NCBI GenBank assembly: GCA_012295275.1
Contig: CM022665.1
Span: 30,008,001-30,072,000, forward strand
Length of the DNA stretch: 64,000 nt
From: Chrysomallon squamiferum
Lineage: Eukaryota > Animalia > Mollusca
Reading direction: 5' to 3'
The position numbers and the translations under genes are program-made. The first letter of the stretch is position 1; every line of letters begins with the position of its first letter. Positions 1-10,720 of this stretch are shown here, one piece after another. The notes beneath the pieces are model-generated. The model had not been told where the DNA came from. It saw only the letters and a program-made list of their open reading frames with translations, and searched no databases.

Positions 1-3000
1 CAAACCCATAAAAGCTCTCCAGCAAAAACACAACCAGTTAGATGCATCACCTCACAGTAGTACAAACAGCAGTCCTCAGTCATCTTACAGGTAAATAGTA
101 GAAAAGTGTTAGGAGATATCAGATGTATACATTTAGTTATTTAGCTGCATATCTTTTTTTACTGGTTTTAAAGTATTTTGAAACTATATTTATTACAATT
201 TAGCCAATAGTTTTGGGTATAATGTTCTGACTTGTGTCTTACACATAACTGTTTTTTCCTTTTACCTGTATAAAGAAACCTGTCCGGGATGTCTTCAGAA
301 GAATCTCTTGCCACTCGACTCAGGCCTGGTGCTACCAGCCACTCTCGAACCATTAAACCTCTATCGAACAACTTCCAGGAAGAACTGATGAGACTCATAG
401 ATCCAGATGTGTCTGAACGAGACCTTGCTAACTTTGTTGTGAGCAAAGTTTGTCAACTTTATATCTGTTTTTCTGTGTATATATAAATTAATAGTAGTAT
501 TTCTTTCCTTTATATACATACATATTATTTAATTTATCAGATTTCAGGAAATTGTGAATGCCAGTGCTGTACAAATGTTCATGTTTTTTTGTTTTTATTG
601 GGATAATATTTTAGATTATTTATTCTTATTATCTCTTATAGCTCTCTCTCTTCCAGACTTTATTCAGTTTTCCTATTATCATATTACATAATAAAAAAGT
701 TAATTATTTTAACCTTCTTAATAATTACACTGGAGTATGTAACTTGTACTCATCACACTTAGCCTACCAGTCATTATTTAGTTTTGTTAATGTTAATTCT
801 GTTTTTTGCTGTATAAATTCTATTTCATTCTGAGAGAATTGTTTTAAATATAATTTCAGTCAAGGAAATCTAGTCATCCTCGCAGGACTCGTCGACTGCA
901 GAGAACCATGTCTGACGAGAGTCTGCACAGTACAAAGGGCACAATCTCTGCTGCTGACATCAGTCACATTGGCAGCAGTGATGCCCTCTTTTCATCAGCA
1001 ATTCCTGTTCATATTACTCGCATGGATGACAGTGACAGGAATCAGAGGTTGGTTAATGTCATGAACATCCCACTTTCATGAAACCATAGGTTCATAACAT
1101 TTCTGAAAACCTTTGAAACATTTAAGGAGATACCAGATTATGAATTTTTTTACTATAAACGTCACTATCTCTCACACTGCATCTAATGTAAAAACATCAG
1201 AAAATATTTGCTGTGTTGAGCTCTTTATATATAGAGGGTTAAAAAAAAAAAAGAAGAATAGTACATTAGTTTAACTGTATCAGTGGTTCTGTCATTTACA
1301 AAGTACTATAATTTGTTTTTCTAGGTTAAAAACATCAGAAAATATTTGCTGTGTTGAGTCTTTATATATAGAGGGTTAAAAAAAAAGAAAAAAGAAGAAT
1401 AATGCATTAGATTAACTGTATCAGTGGTTCTGTCATTTACAAAGTACTATAATTTGTTTTTCTAGGTTGTCTCCTAGAGCTGTAATGGACTCTAAACTGA
1501 GTGTGCGCCCTCGAAGTCGCACCGTAATGGATTCACGTGGTCACGCTGTGCCCCTCCCAGAGAGTACTGCTGGTCTTAACTGGTCAAATCTGGTGGATGT
1601 GGCAACCAAAGCCATTGAAAGTATGCTGATAATGTATTTCACAAGAAAACTATTACAAATAATAATATAAAAAAGAGAAATAATATTTTTGTAAAAACAG
1701 AATAATATTGGAACAGTATATAAATAGTTCAGTTATCTTTATCTATTTGATGTTGTTTTTCAAACAGTACAAAGACATCCTCTGAGATGTTGCCAAATTT
1801 ATAAATATCTTAGCTATTTGATGCTATTTTTCTTCTTTTTTCTGTTTCCATTGATTTACTCAAAGGTTTATCAAATTTAGGGTTTAAATTTGTCTTTGGA
1901 TGTGTTTTCCAATTGGAATCAAAACTTATAATTTTTATATTTTCCTTCTAAAAGCAGTAGTTATAAGGGATATTTTCTGCTAATGACTGTACAAATACTT
2001 GTTTTATTCTTCTAATTTTTTTAAGTGTAAATAATGATTAAAATAACTGTGTAGCTAATCATTTTTGATATTTAAGAAAAAATGTGCGGCATTGCTAATG
2101 TTAACATCATTAGGATAATTGACTATAGTTAATGCATTTAACTCATTATTTACTTTTTTATTTATTTTTATCCATATTTGAAGTCTTGAATCACATTTTA
2201 TTAATTTTTTTTTTTTATCAAAATCAATAGTTAAAATTCTCTTGTTTAGAAAATAATATTGAAATCAAGTATACTGATCTATGTGCATTGGGTAAAGTTA
2301 ATGTTAAATAAATTTGTTTGTTGTTTCAGCTGAGGATGGGAGCAGTAATCCTTCAGGGACAACACCAAGTGAGGTACATGATGACATCCCACCTCCAAGA
2401 CCGCCTTCCCCACAAGATGCTGTTGCCCTCACTACAAATACAAGGTAGGCACAGAGCTTCTTTTTTTTGTAATTATTAGTTGGGGTATAAATATTTTATC
2501 TAAAATATCAAGCCATGATTTGCAGGGTATTTTTATTACATTGTTTTTGTCATTTGTTTTACAGTGATTTTGGAGGGTATAGTTGATTGGAGGGAGGTTT
2601 AAGTGTTTGTTGTCACTTTTGTTAATTTTTTAATATTTTTAAATTTTGTTTTGCAGTTGGAGAACAGCAGGACTGAGTCCTCAGCAGGCTATACAAGAGC
2701 TGGAGATGAAACTAGCTCAGGTGCAGCAACAGCTTGAAAAAGTTAGTTTTTAAAATTAATTACTGTCGAGTTTCTGTGTGATCTTGTTTAAATTTTAAAG
2801 AAATGGAAAATCTTAAATGTTTGATGGCCTTCAGTTAAAAAATGTAATAATGACAAAAATTCAAGTAATGTTGTTATACATTGCTTTTTCAATTTGTTGA
2901 AAAAAACAACTGTAAATATTATTTTCATTTTACTAAACTGTAGTTAATATTATTAAAACGTTTGACCATTATCACAATATCATTGAAATATTTTGCTTCA

Positions 3001-3207
3001 TCATTATAAGATGTATAATGTGTAATTTCAGTTATTTTCAAAATTTAATTGTGCTGTTTTTAGGAAAGAAAAGAAAAACTGGCACTGGAGACTGAAAATC
3101 AGCAGCTTCGCTCTGATAATGTTAGGTTGCAGGAAGAATCGCAGACTGCAGCAGCCCAACTTCGCCGATTCACTGAATGGTTTTTTAACACTATAGACAG
3201 ACAGTGA
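1..3207 (+). CDS. SIPA1L: Signal-induced proliferation-associated 1-like protein (SPAR-type Rap-GAP), last 7 coding exons; 5' part lies outside the window
   Basis: Phase-consistent GT-AG exons <1-90, 276-438, 860-1047, 1466-1620, 2330-2444, 2657-2741, 3064-3207 (TGA). They encode [32 protein letters not shown] and the terminal coiled coil [37 protein letters not shown], the characteristic SIPA1L/SPAR C-terminus. Confidence 0.92.
1189..1468 (+). repeat. ~140-bp tandem duplication of an intron 3' end including the splice acceptor
   Basis: Two near-identical copies of taaaaacatcagaaaatatttgctgtgttgag...aagtactataatttgtttttctaggtt starting at 1189 and 1327. Confidence 0.95.
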
Positions 3208-3350
3208 GCCGAGTGAATGTAGAAAGTTTAGTAAAGTAGTTATAACTGGGGATGTAAGACAGGTACTGTGTAATATAATACACAGGAGAGGCAGCAGTTT
3301 ACAGAGCGTATTAAGCATGTATGTGTATTTTTTAATTAAAGATTTTATTT

Positions 3351-3383
<33 letters not shown>

Positions 3384-6300
3384 CATCTGAAGGAGGGCGA
3401 GGCAAAGAAAGAAACTTGTGAATTTTTTTAATGATATGCAGCAGTTATTATTCTTTTATTCAGTTTTTGTTTTTCATGCTGAACATTATCTCTTTGTTCA
3501 CAGTTTTTAATGCGTATATTGATTATTGACGTATTTTTACATTTTCTCAAGCATTATTGTCATCTTCACGAGGTTTGTTAATTGACATATTTTAAATAAT
3601 AGATGCACATTGATGACTCCGGTGCAAACATGCATCAACTGTGTACATTTTGGCTTGTTAACTTTTTATGTTTGGCCACCAATACTTTCAATTATTTTAA
3701 TGAGTGACTAGCTATGAAAGAGAATAAAATAAACTGGGATCTCAATAAATAATCATCTTATTAGAAACAAATCCCAGAATATTGTAAGAGTGATTGTTTT
3801 TGTTTCCTTCATGGTCAAATTGAATATCTGGAATGCATTTTATTCATTATGCTAGCCTATATAATACCGTCCAGTTGCATTGGGAAACAAAATTAAAGTG
3901 TTTTCATGTTTTGTTACTTTAAAATCTTTTAGCAAGTTGATGTTTGTTCTTTTAGAATGAGGAGGACAAGGGTTGGTGTTCAGAACTGACCTTGATTATT
4001 AATGTTCAGCTTAATGTTTAACACTTGATAGTTTTGCAAGATGTCTTCTCAGAAAATAAAAAGTAAGGTCACATTGACTGAACTGTAGTTATTTGGGTTA
4101 TTTATACCTAATTTGTGTCCATTGTGTTTGTTCCTAAATTGTATGATTCATGCATATGTCACTCATTTTCATGTTGAAGAATTTTGTGGTATTATTACAA
4201 TATCATCACAGATAAAAGAATAGTAGAAACTGATTACTTATTTTTTGTGTGTGTTCATGAGTTACATGTTTTGAATTTAAAAACAAATAAATGAAAACAA
4301 TTGAAAATATAAAACATATAATACAACATATTAATATTTGTCATAATCTTCACTTGGTAATTAACAGTATAATATTTGTCATATTGACATGGATTTGCTG
4401 TTAACAAAAGAAGTGAACTTCAGATGCAATCATAAAATGGCAGGGAAAGAATAAAGGATAATACTTGTTTTTGCTGTTTGCCTTATAAACAATTTTAGCC
4501 TCAAAATTTATTTTGAAAAAAGCCTCAGATATGTATTTTTTAAATTAGATTGTTTTTTTAATGAAATTTATAGTCCAAGAATAAACTTCTTAAAAAAAGT
4601 GACAGCACCAAATTGATATTATATTTATTATTAAAATATCACAGATATTTAGTTAATTATTTTTAATTCTCATCATTGTAAATAATAATGAAAACATTTA
4701 AATAGTTTTTAATTTGAAATTGATGACATAATCATCAGTAAGAGACAGATTTTAATATTTATTTATTTTATTTCATTTCAAAGCTAAACATTTTATTAGA
4801 CATACCAAAAATTATAAAATCTAGACAGTTGTCCAATTTCTTTTTTATCCAAAATGATTAAGTTGAATTTATTTTTAATAAGTAAACTAAAAATAGAAAT
4901 TTCCAAATTTGTATATTAATTAAAATTTGTTTTCTGGAATTCCAGACATAGGATAAAAACATTTTTGTTTTCTTTCTTTTTGTTATCAATATAATGAGTT
5001 AATGTTCTGGTGAGTTCAGATTGTTTGCTATATATAAATATGTTAGTGCATTCTGTACAGTATTTTCCTATTTACTTCTAAAGCAGTTGTAAATAAAGGC
5101 CTTTTTAATTTATAATTGCATTGTGTTTTTTCAATGTACTCAAACCATTAGGAAAGATACTTCATTTTTATTTACTTATTATTTTATTATTTGTATATTT
5201 TATTTTATTGTACATTTTATTTTTTAGTTATTTCATTTCATTCACAGTTATATCTTTATTTTCAGTTTGAGATAATATTTGTCACTAAAAATGGTTAGGT
5301 TTTTTTTATGGGGGTAAGGGATATTATTATTGTTATTATTATTATTATCATTATTATTTATAATTTGTGTTGCTTATTGTTTTAATGCAAATTATTTTAA
5401 CTCTAATTTTGTCAAAAATACTTGCAGCATTATAATAGTTTTATAACAGAAAATTTCTGTTCCATTTTTGTACTACTTTGTTTCCAGCTGTACATTTCTT
5501 CAAATCAATAAAATATAATAATTTTAAAACCAAAAAATGTTTTTAATGTTTTTTCTAGGTAATGCTTTTATGAGTTTACAGTTAATGCTTTAAAATAAGT
5601 ATAATATTTGGATAAGTTGAAATTAAGTAACTTTAAATTTGTTTAAAGTTTTTAAAATTAATTTCTTTATTATTCAGTTTTAAAAATGTCTTTTATTCTA
5701 TTTTTATTTTTTAATAAAACAGTTGTATATAAAAACTAATATTTCCATTTTTCCATTTACAAGTTTTTGAATGGTTGTGATTAAATAAAACCATTAAAGA
5801 CAAAAACCATATCATCCATGGTTTTATTAAAATAAAATTATATTTAACCTTCTATAAATAGTTTTCATTTTTGTTTGTTGTTTGAGCATGTTAAAGAAGT
5901 GACAAAAATAATAAATTTACCAAACTGATTTAAATGAATTTTAAATTCTGTAGTTCTGCATTTTGTTCATGTTTTATTTTAATAATTAGAAATAAATTAC
6001 ATGTTCTTTTGAGACATTAATTGATTTTCCCTCATTTTAAATATGTCGTCAACTTTAAAAATTTGTTTTACAAATTATGTTAATTTTCACACCAGTCACT
6101 ACCCCATATCTTGTTTATCAAAAGTCAAGGTTCTTTACTAACTATAGGAATGTACAAATAAACAATCATTCATGATAATCACCAAAAATAGTCTATTGAG
6201 TGATAGATTTCTTCTATCATAAAAATTCATTTATTCAGTTGTTTGAAAAGAAATTCAGACGTGGTATCTTGCAGAAAGTTTTTTTTATTTTTAATAATAA

Positions 6301-7610
6301 TCTGCTTTTTAAGAAGATTCCATATTGCATAGCTAGAAAAATTTACTGTTGGAACTTTTCAGTACCAGTTTTGTTATCTCTATACTGTCATTTTAATTTC
6401 CTGAATCCATTTTAAACAGGACAACACAGTTCAAACAGCATTTATAGATTTTTAAAATAGAATTTTTCACATTATGATTTTTTTTGTTTTTTGTTTATTT
6501 ATTTTTTATTTAAGCAATTTTTTTTTTAAAACTACTGTTCGTCAAAAACAGGTCACATGTTAGCAGTGATATTCATGAAGTAAGTAAACTACCAGTGATA
6601 TTAAATCAAAGATTTAAATAATTTATCTAAACAAAAAACTACATTGCTTTTTAAATGAACTGAAATGTAGTTTCAGATTCTTTTTAAACCAAAATGCCTA
6701 AAATACCTACAAACAAATTTACATTCTTGTGTGTGTGTGTGCGCATGTGTGCATATACATATATATATATTATGCCAAACAGGGTTACTTTGGTGAAAAG
6801 TTTATTGATGTTCACAGATGAGATAATAAAAGTGTTGGTTTAAAAATAAACTTTTCACCAAAGACAACTCTGTTTGGCATACAGGTTTATAATTTTACAT
6901 CTGTTCATACCACATGTAATACTGAACCACGATCTGTTTGTTTTTAAATCATAAAATAAATGGTTCCACTCACGAGTCATAAAAATCTATTGTATAATGT
7001 AGAAAAATTTGTAAGATTTAAATATTTTTTTTCTATGTATTTCAGACTTCGTATTACATTTGCAATTAAAAATTGTTTAAAAAAAAGTTGGAATACTTTC
7101 CAAATTTGGTAAACCTACAACATATTTAAAACTCCAAAGCCAATTTCAGATATTTTGGCAACCTAGTTTAAATAATTATTTCATACAGATAATATTGTAC
7201 CATACTGATACACTTTAAAATTTAAATTTCTTTTCACAATCCTCCAGTAAGTGAAAAAATTAAATATATAAAACAGCCATGGAAAAAGATTAATCACTCT
7301 ACCTTGTCAGAACTGACCTGATTTTTTTAGCAAAGACACTGTCCTAGACCAAAATCAATATTTAAGTAATATTTTCACTACTGTTTCTATTGTTATTTAT
7401 TTTTACCTAAAGAATGTGTTTTCATTATTAGAAGATATTCTTCATTAGCAGTATTTTTATTTACTCCATGTCATTATTTTGAATAGATTAGCAATGTTAT
7501 TGTACAAATAATGTGTTAGTTTTACAATTTATAGTTGAAATTATTTTTGGAATTGATTGACTGTGTACATTGATTTGTAATTAAAAAATATAAACATTTT
7601 ATGAAAGTAT
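3208..7610 (+). other. Probable long (~4 kb) 3' UTR of SIPA1L; end point uncertain
   Basis: No exon-like sequence after the stop. U-rich, with TGTAAATA motifs and several AATAAA. Strand bias flips from T-rich to A-rich near 7.6 kb, where the convergent KIFBP 3' UTR would end. Confidence 0.4.
6771..6881. repeat. 36/37-bp inverted repeat with a 38-nt spacer (hairpin or transposon remnant)
   Basis: Left arm TATGCCAAACAGGGTTACTTTGGTGAAAAGTTTATT (6771-6806); reverse complement of right arm (6845-6881) is TATGCCAAACAGAGTTGTCTTTGGTGAAAAGTTTATT. Confidence 0.9.
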
Positions 7611-8382
7611 GTAATTTGTTTGTTTTAAATTTTATTTATTTGAAATCTGCATTGACAAATCCATCACTTACTGTGATTCTACCATTAAGTGAACATGCTA
7701 CATTTTGTAAAAATAAAATATTTAATTTCATAAAATACATTGAATTTGGTATATAATTAATCAGTAGAATGTAACCAGTTTCCTATGATGGTCTCACTAA
7801 TTTTCAGTAATATATTAGAAATAAGTCTGTGACAAAGAAAATTACATGAAGTTTTCATAAGAAACATTCATGAGTAAACAGACATAAGAACCTGTAGAAA
7901 ATTTGGTAGTTTAAGCTTTTGGTCCATTTGCTACAATCATCAGTAACTATAAAATGAAGATCTTAATGCTGTAATGATTTTAAGCAAAATCTTGCTTTTT
8001 TCCCCCCAAATTTAGCATCTATTACCAATTTTTAACACTTTATTTACTTAAATCATTTTGTAGATAATGAAAACAAAAGGAAAAGAAATTAAAATGACAG
8101 ACTTTCAGACTTTAATATCACCCATGAAGTACTGTTTATCATAGTGACTGTTTTGACAAACAAAGCAATGTACTGTTGTAAGATTTCAATGAAACAAGAT
8201 TTATTACACATTTTTCAAATGAAATCCACAGAAAAACAAAACAAATCTGAACTTCATAAATACAACACATTAAATGATTATTTAAAATCTGTTGCAAAGT
8301 CATTTAGTATTAGCATATAAACCATAACAACAAATTGCAGTTTGATCTAAGACATTTTGGAATTCAATAAAATATAAATAAA

Positions 8383-8443
8383 CAAGAATGTATATTTAAA
8401 TATTCTTAAACACCAAGAATGTATATCTAAATATTCTTAAACA
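8383..8443. repeat. 31-bp-period tandem duplication in the KIFBP 3' UTR
   Basis: caagaatgtatat(t/c)taaatattcttaaaca present twice, at 8383 and 8414. Confidence 0.9.
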
Positions 8444-8557
8444 CAATATTTATTAATGTTCTGCAAGGATGTTTTTGACATACAAATTGTCAATTATTAA
8501 AAATTTAGATAAAAATGGTACAGAAACTGCAGTGATTAAATTGTCAGATAAAAGTGG

Positions 8558-10390
8558 TCAAATAAGTCCATCTCTAATTTTATCCATTTTGGCTGGCAGC
8601 AAAATGACCATTTCCTCACATATAGGCAGCTCATTAGAAACAATTTCTTTTGCTGATGGATTCTTTTTAACATAATCAGCCACAGTTTTATAGCATTCAA
8701 AACTTTTCTTCAAAAAGACCAGTTTTTGATCTAGACTGGCAGTTATAAATTTTGAATACAAACGTCCCATGCAGAAAAAGGCCACCAGAGCTGGTCTGAC
8801 ATCCATTTCTGAAAACTCATCTGGTAAATTTTCTTTGCCACCTTTGAGGGAATCTGTGTAAGCCTGATACTGCTTGATGCTATTTTCAACCAAGAAGTTT
8901 ATCTTTTTAACAGCATGGGCTGATGGTGGTGAGCCTTGGGCCTCTAAAAGAGCAAGTTTTAGATCCATCATGGTGCTGTATGTTTCACCAAGTTCAAACA
9001 TAAGTTGGCGACAAACAAGCAGATAGTGCTGTGGATTTAAACCATCAAGAGTTTCAGACAACATGTCTATTCTGCGTTTGTGCATCTTGCATTGCCGTTC
9101 CATATCAGTCTCAAAAAAGGCAAGTTGTTTAAATGCATTACTGTAGTCTCTCATAATTTCTATATAATCTGTACAATAACCATCACAAACATAAAACTCT
9201 TTGGCTGAATTCAACCATTTCTGTATGCAGAGAAAAACTTCACGTGCCTCTGTGAAGTCATGAACAAATTTATCAGTTATCTGTTCTTCATGGAAAGTCA
9301 GTTCAAGATCAAATCTAGATGACGAATCTGCCTTTTCTGAGTCAGGCTTGTTACTCATTTCACCACCATCTGCTCCTTGTGATTGTTCTGATGCTGGATT
9401 CAAATCTGAATTATGATCTTCTCTTTGCTTTACAGGTAAACCATTTAAATCATCAGTTAGTGCATCTGTTTCCTTCAGCCAATAGTCCTTAGAAGCTTCC
9501 AACAAAGCCAGTCCATATTTTGCCCAACATCGGTCAATATCTGCCTTCTGTTGATAAAATTTTTCTCTGTCTTCTTCTGGAACATTTTCCAGTGTTGACA
9601 TTGCCTCATTAAATATTACACTTGCACTAGCAAGACAGTGTCGAGAAAGTGTAAAATTATCCACGTTTATATAATACTGAGACAGTGTTGCTGCATTTAG
9701 TGACCAATCCTCTGGTTTGTAATCCTTGGCATTTAACTGGCGTTTCAAAGTAATATGGCAGTATTTTGCCGATTCCTGTTTCTCTCCCATTTTTGAAAAA
9801 ACTTGTGCCATGTAATATAATGTATGAGTATATTCTTTTTCAAATGATTGTGATCTCTTGTGGATCAGATTATCTTCATCCTCACTGGGTTTTCTAAAGA
9901 TTTCAGTGACTAAATGTGGTGCATTTCCATAATTATTTCTGAAGCTTTTATATGCATCTTCAGCCTGTCTTAAAAATGCTAATGCTTCTTCATTTTTGAA
10001 ACGACCAGTTGCAATGATGCCACTCTGATTCAAAGCGCATTGATAAATACCTGCTGCTTGTTCAGTACTTTTAGTTTTATCTAACAGTTCAAGACATTTC
10101 TTAACGTGTTTTTCTCCTTCGGCGAATTCTTCCGTATCACTGCAGTTTATTCCAAGAGTAAGTTCTATTACTGCTGCTGCACATGCCAATTTCGCATCCT
10201 CTGGTTCCTCATTTCGGAAACTAGCGATTCGTTCCTTTAATTCTTTTAACAGTTCCCTGGCCTTATATTTTGATCTAAATGGATCATTTTCTGGATCGCG
10301 TTCAGATTCTTCTTCACTTAATTTTCTTGCTTGTTCGAATAATTCGTAACCATGCGAATCAAGAAAATCATCGAACGTCGCCATTTTCAT
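8558..10390 (-). CDS. KIFBP: KIF-binding protein (KBP/KIAA1279), single-exon ORF of 610 aa
   Basis: Uninterrupted ORF with KBP hallmark motifs DPENDPFRSKYKARELL, YTHTLYYMAQV, SAKYCHITLKRQL, DWSLNAATLSQYY, LAFFETDMERQCKMHKRRIDML and LNPQHYLLVCRQLMFELGETY. The second ATG (10384, AAAATGG context) may be the true start. Confidence 0.95.
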   Translation of the reverse strand: MKMATFDDFLDSHGYELFEQARKLSEEESERDPENDPFRSKYKARELLKELKERIASFRNEEPEDAKLACAAAVIELTLGINCSDTEEFAEGEKHVKKCLELLDKTKSTEQAAGIYQCALNQSGIIATGRFKNEEALAFLRQAEDAYKSFRNNYGNAPHLVTEIFRKPSEDEDNLIHKRSQSFEKEYTHTLYYMAQVFSKMGEKQESAKYCHITLKRQLNAKDYKPEDWSLNAATLSQYYINVDNFTLSRHCLASASVIFNEAMSTLENVPEEDREKFYQQKADIDRCWAKYGLALLEASKDYWLKETDALTDDLNGLPVKQREDHNSDLNPASEQSQGADGGEMSNKPDSEKADSSSRFDLELTFHEEQITDKFVHDFTEAREVFLCIQKWLNSAKEFYVCDGYCTDYIEIMRDYSNAFKQLAFFETDMERQCKMHKRRIDMLSETLDGLNPQHYLLVCRQLMFELGETYSTMMDLKLALLEAQGSPPSAHAVKKINFLVENSIKQYQAYTDSLKGGKENLPDEFSEMDVRPALVAFFCMGRLYSKFITASLDQKLVFLKKSFECYKTVADYVKKNPSAKEIVSNELPICEEMVILLPAKMDKIRDGLI

Positions 10391-10720
10391 ACACAGTAAT
10401 ACCGCACTTTAAATGTTTGACATAATAAATTACTGAAAATATCAATAGATCTTACAACAAATGATAGTTATTATTTCATAAACTGGCTAGTGTACATCAC
10501 GCTGTTTATATCCTCTTTATTTAAAACCTAAACAAATAAAAAGAAAAGAAACATATAGCACGCACCTGTTTACATCCGGATTCCGAAGCAACTTCCGGTG
10601 TTTTCATTGCCAACGAATACAAATTTTGTATATTGGAATAAAAACAAAGGAACGTAACATTTAAAAAATAATAATAATAATAAATACCATTCAAAATAAA
10701 AATTTATAACCTAATATAAT
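10391..10720. promoter_or_regulatory. Bidirectional promoter shared by KIFBP and DYNC2LI1
   Basis: Only 330 bp separate the divergent ATGs. A CpG-containing core at 10560-10615 carries forkhead TGTTTAC (10567), ETS-type ACATCCGG (10572) and ACTTCCGG (10591), and two imperfect RFX X-box-like elements, GATTCCGAAGCAAC (10579-10592) and GTTTTCATTGCCAAC (10600-10614). Confidence 0.75.

Noticed and set aside
3028-3405. 125-aa minus-strand ORF
   Set aside because: Antisense to the last SIPA1L exon and a poly-T run; no recognisable protein features.
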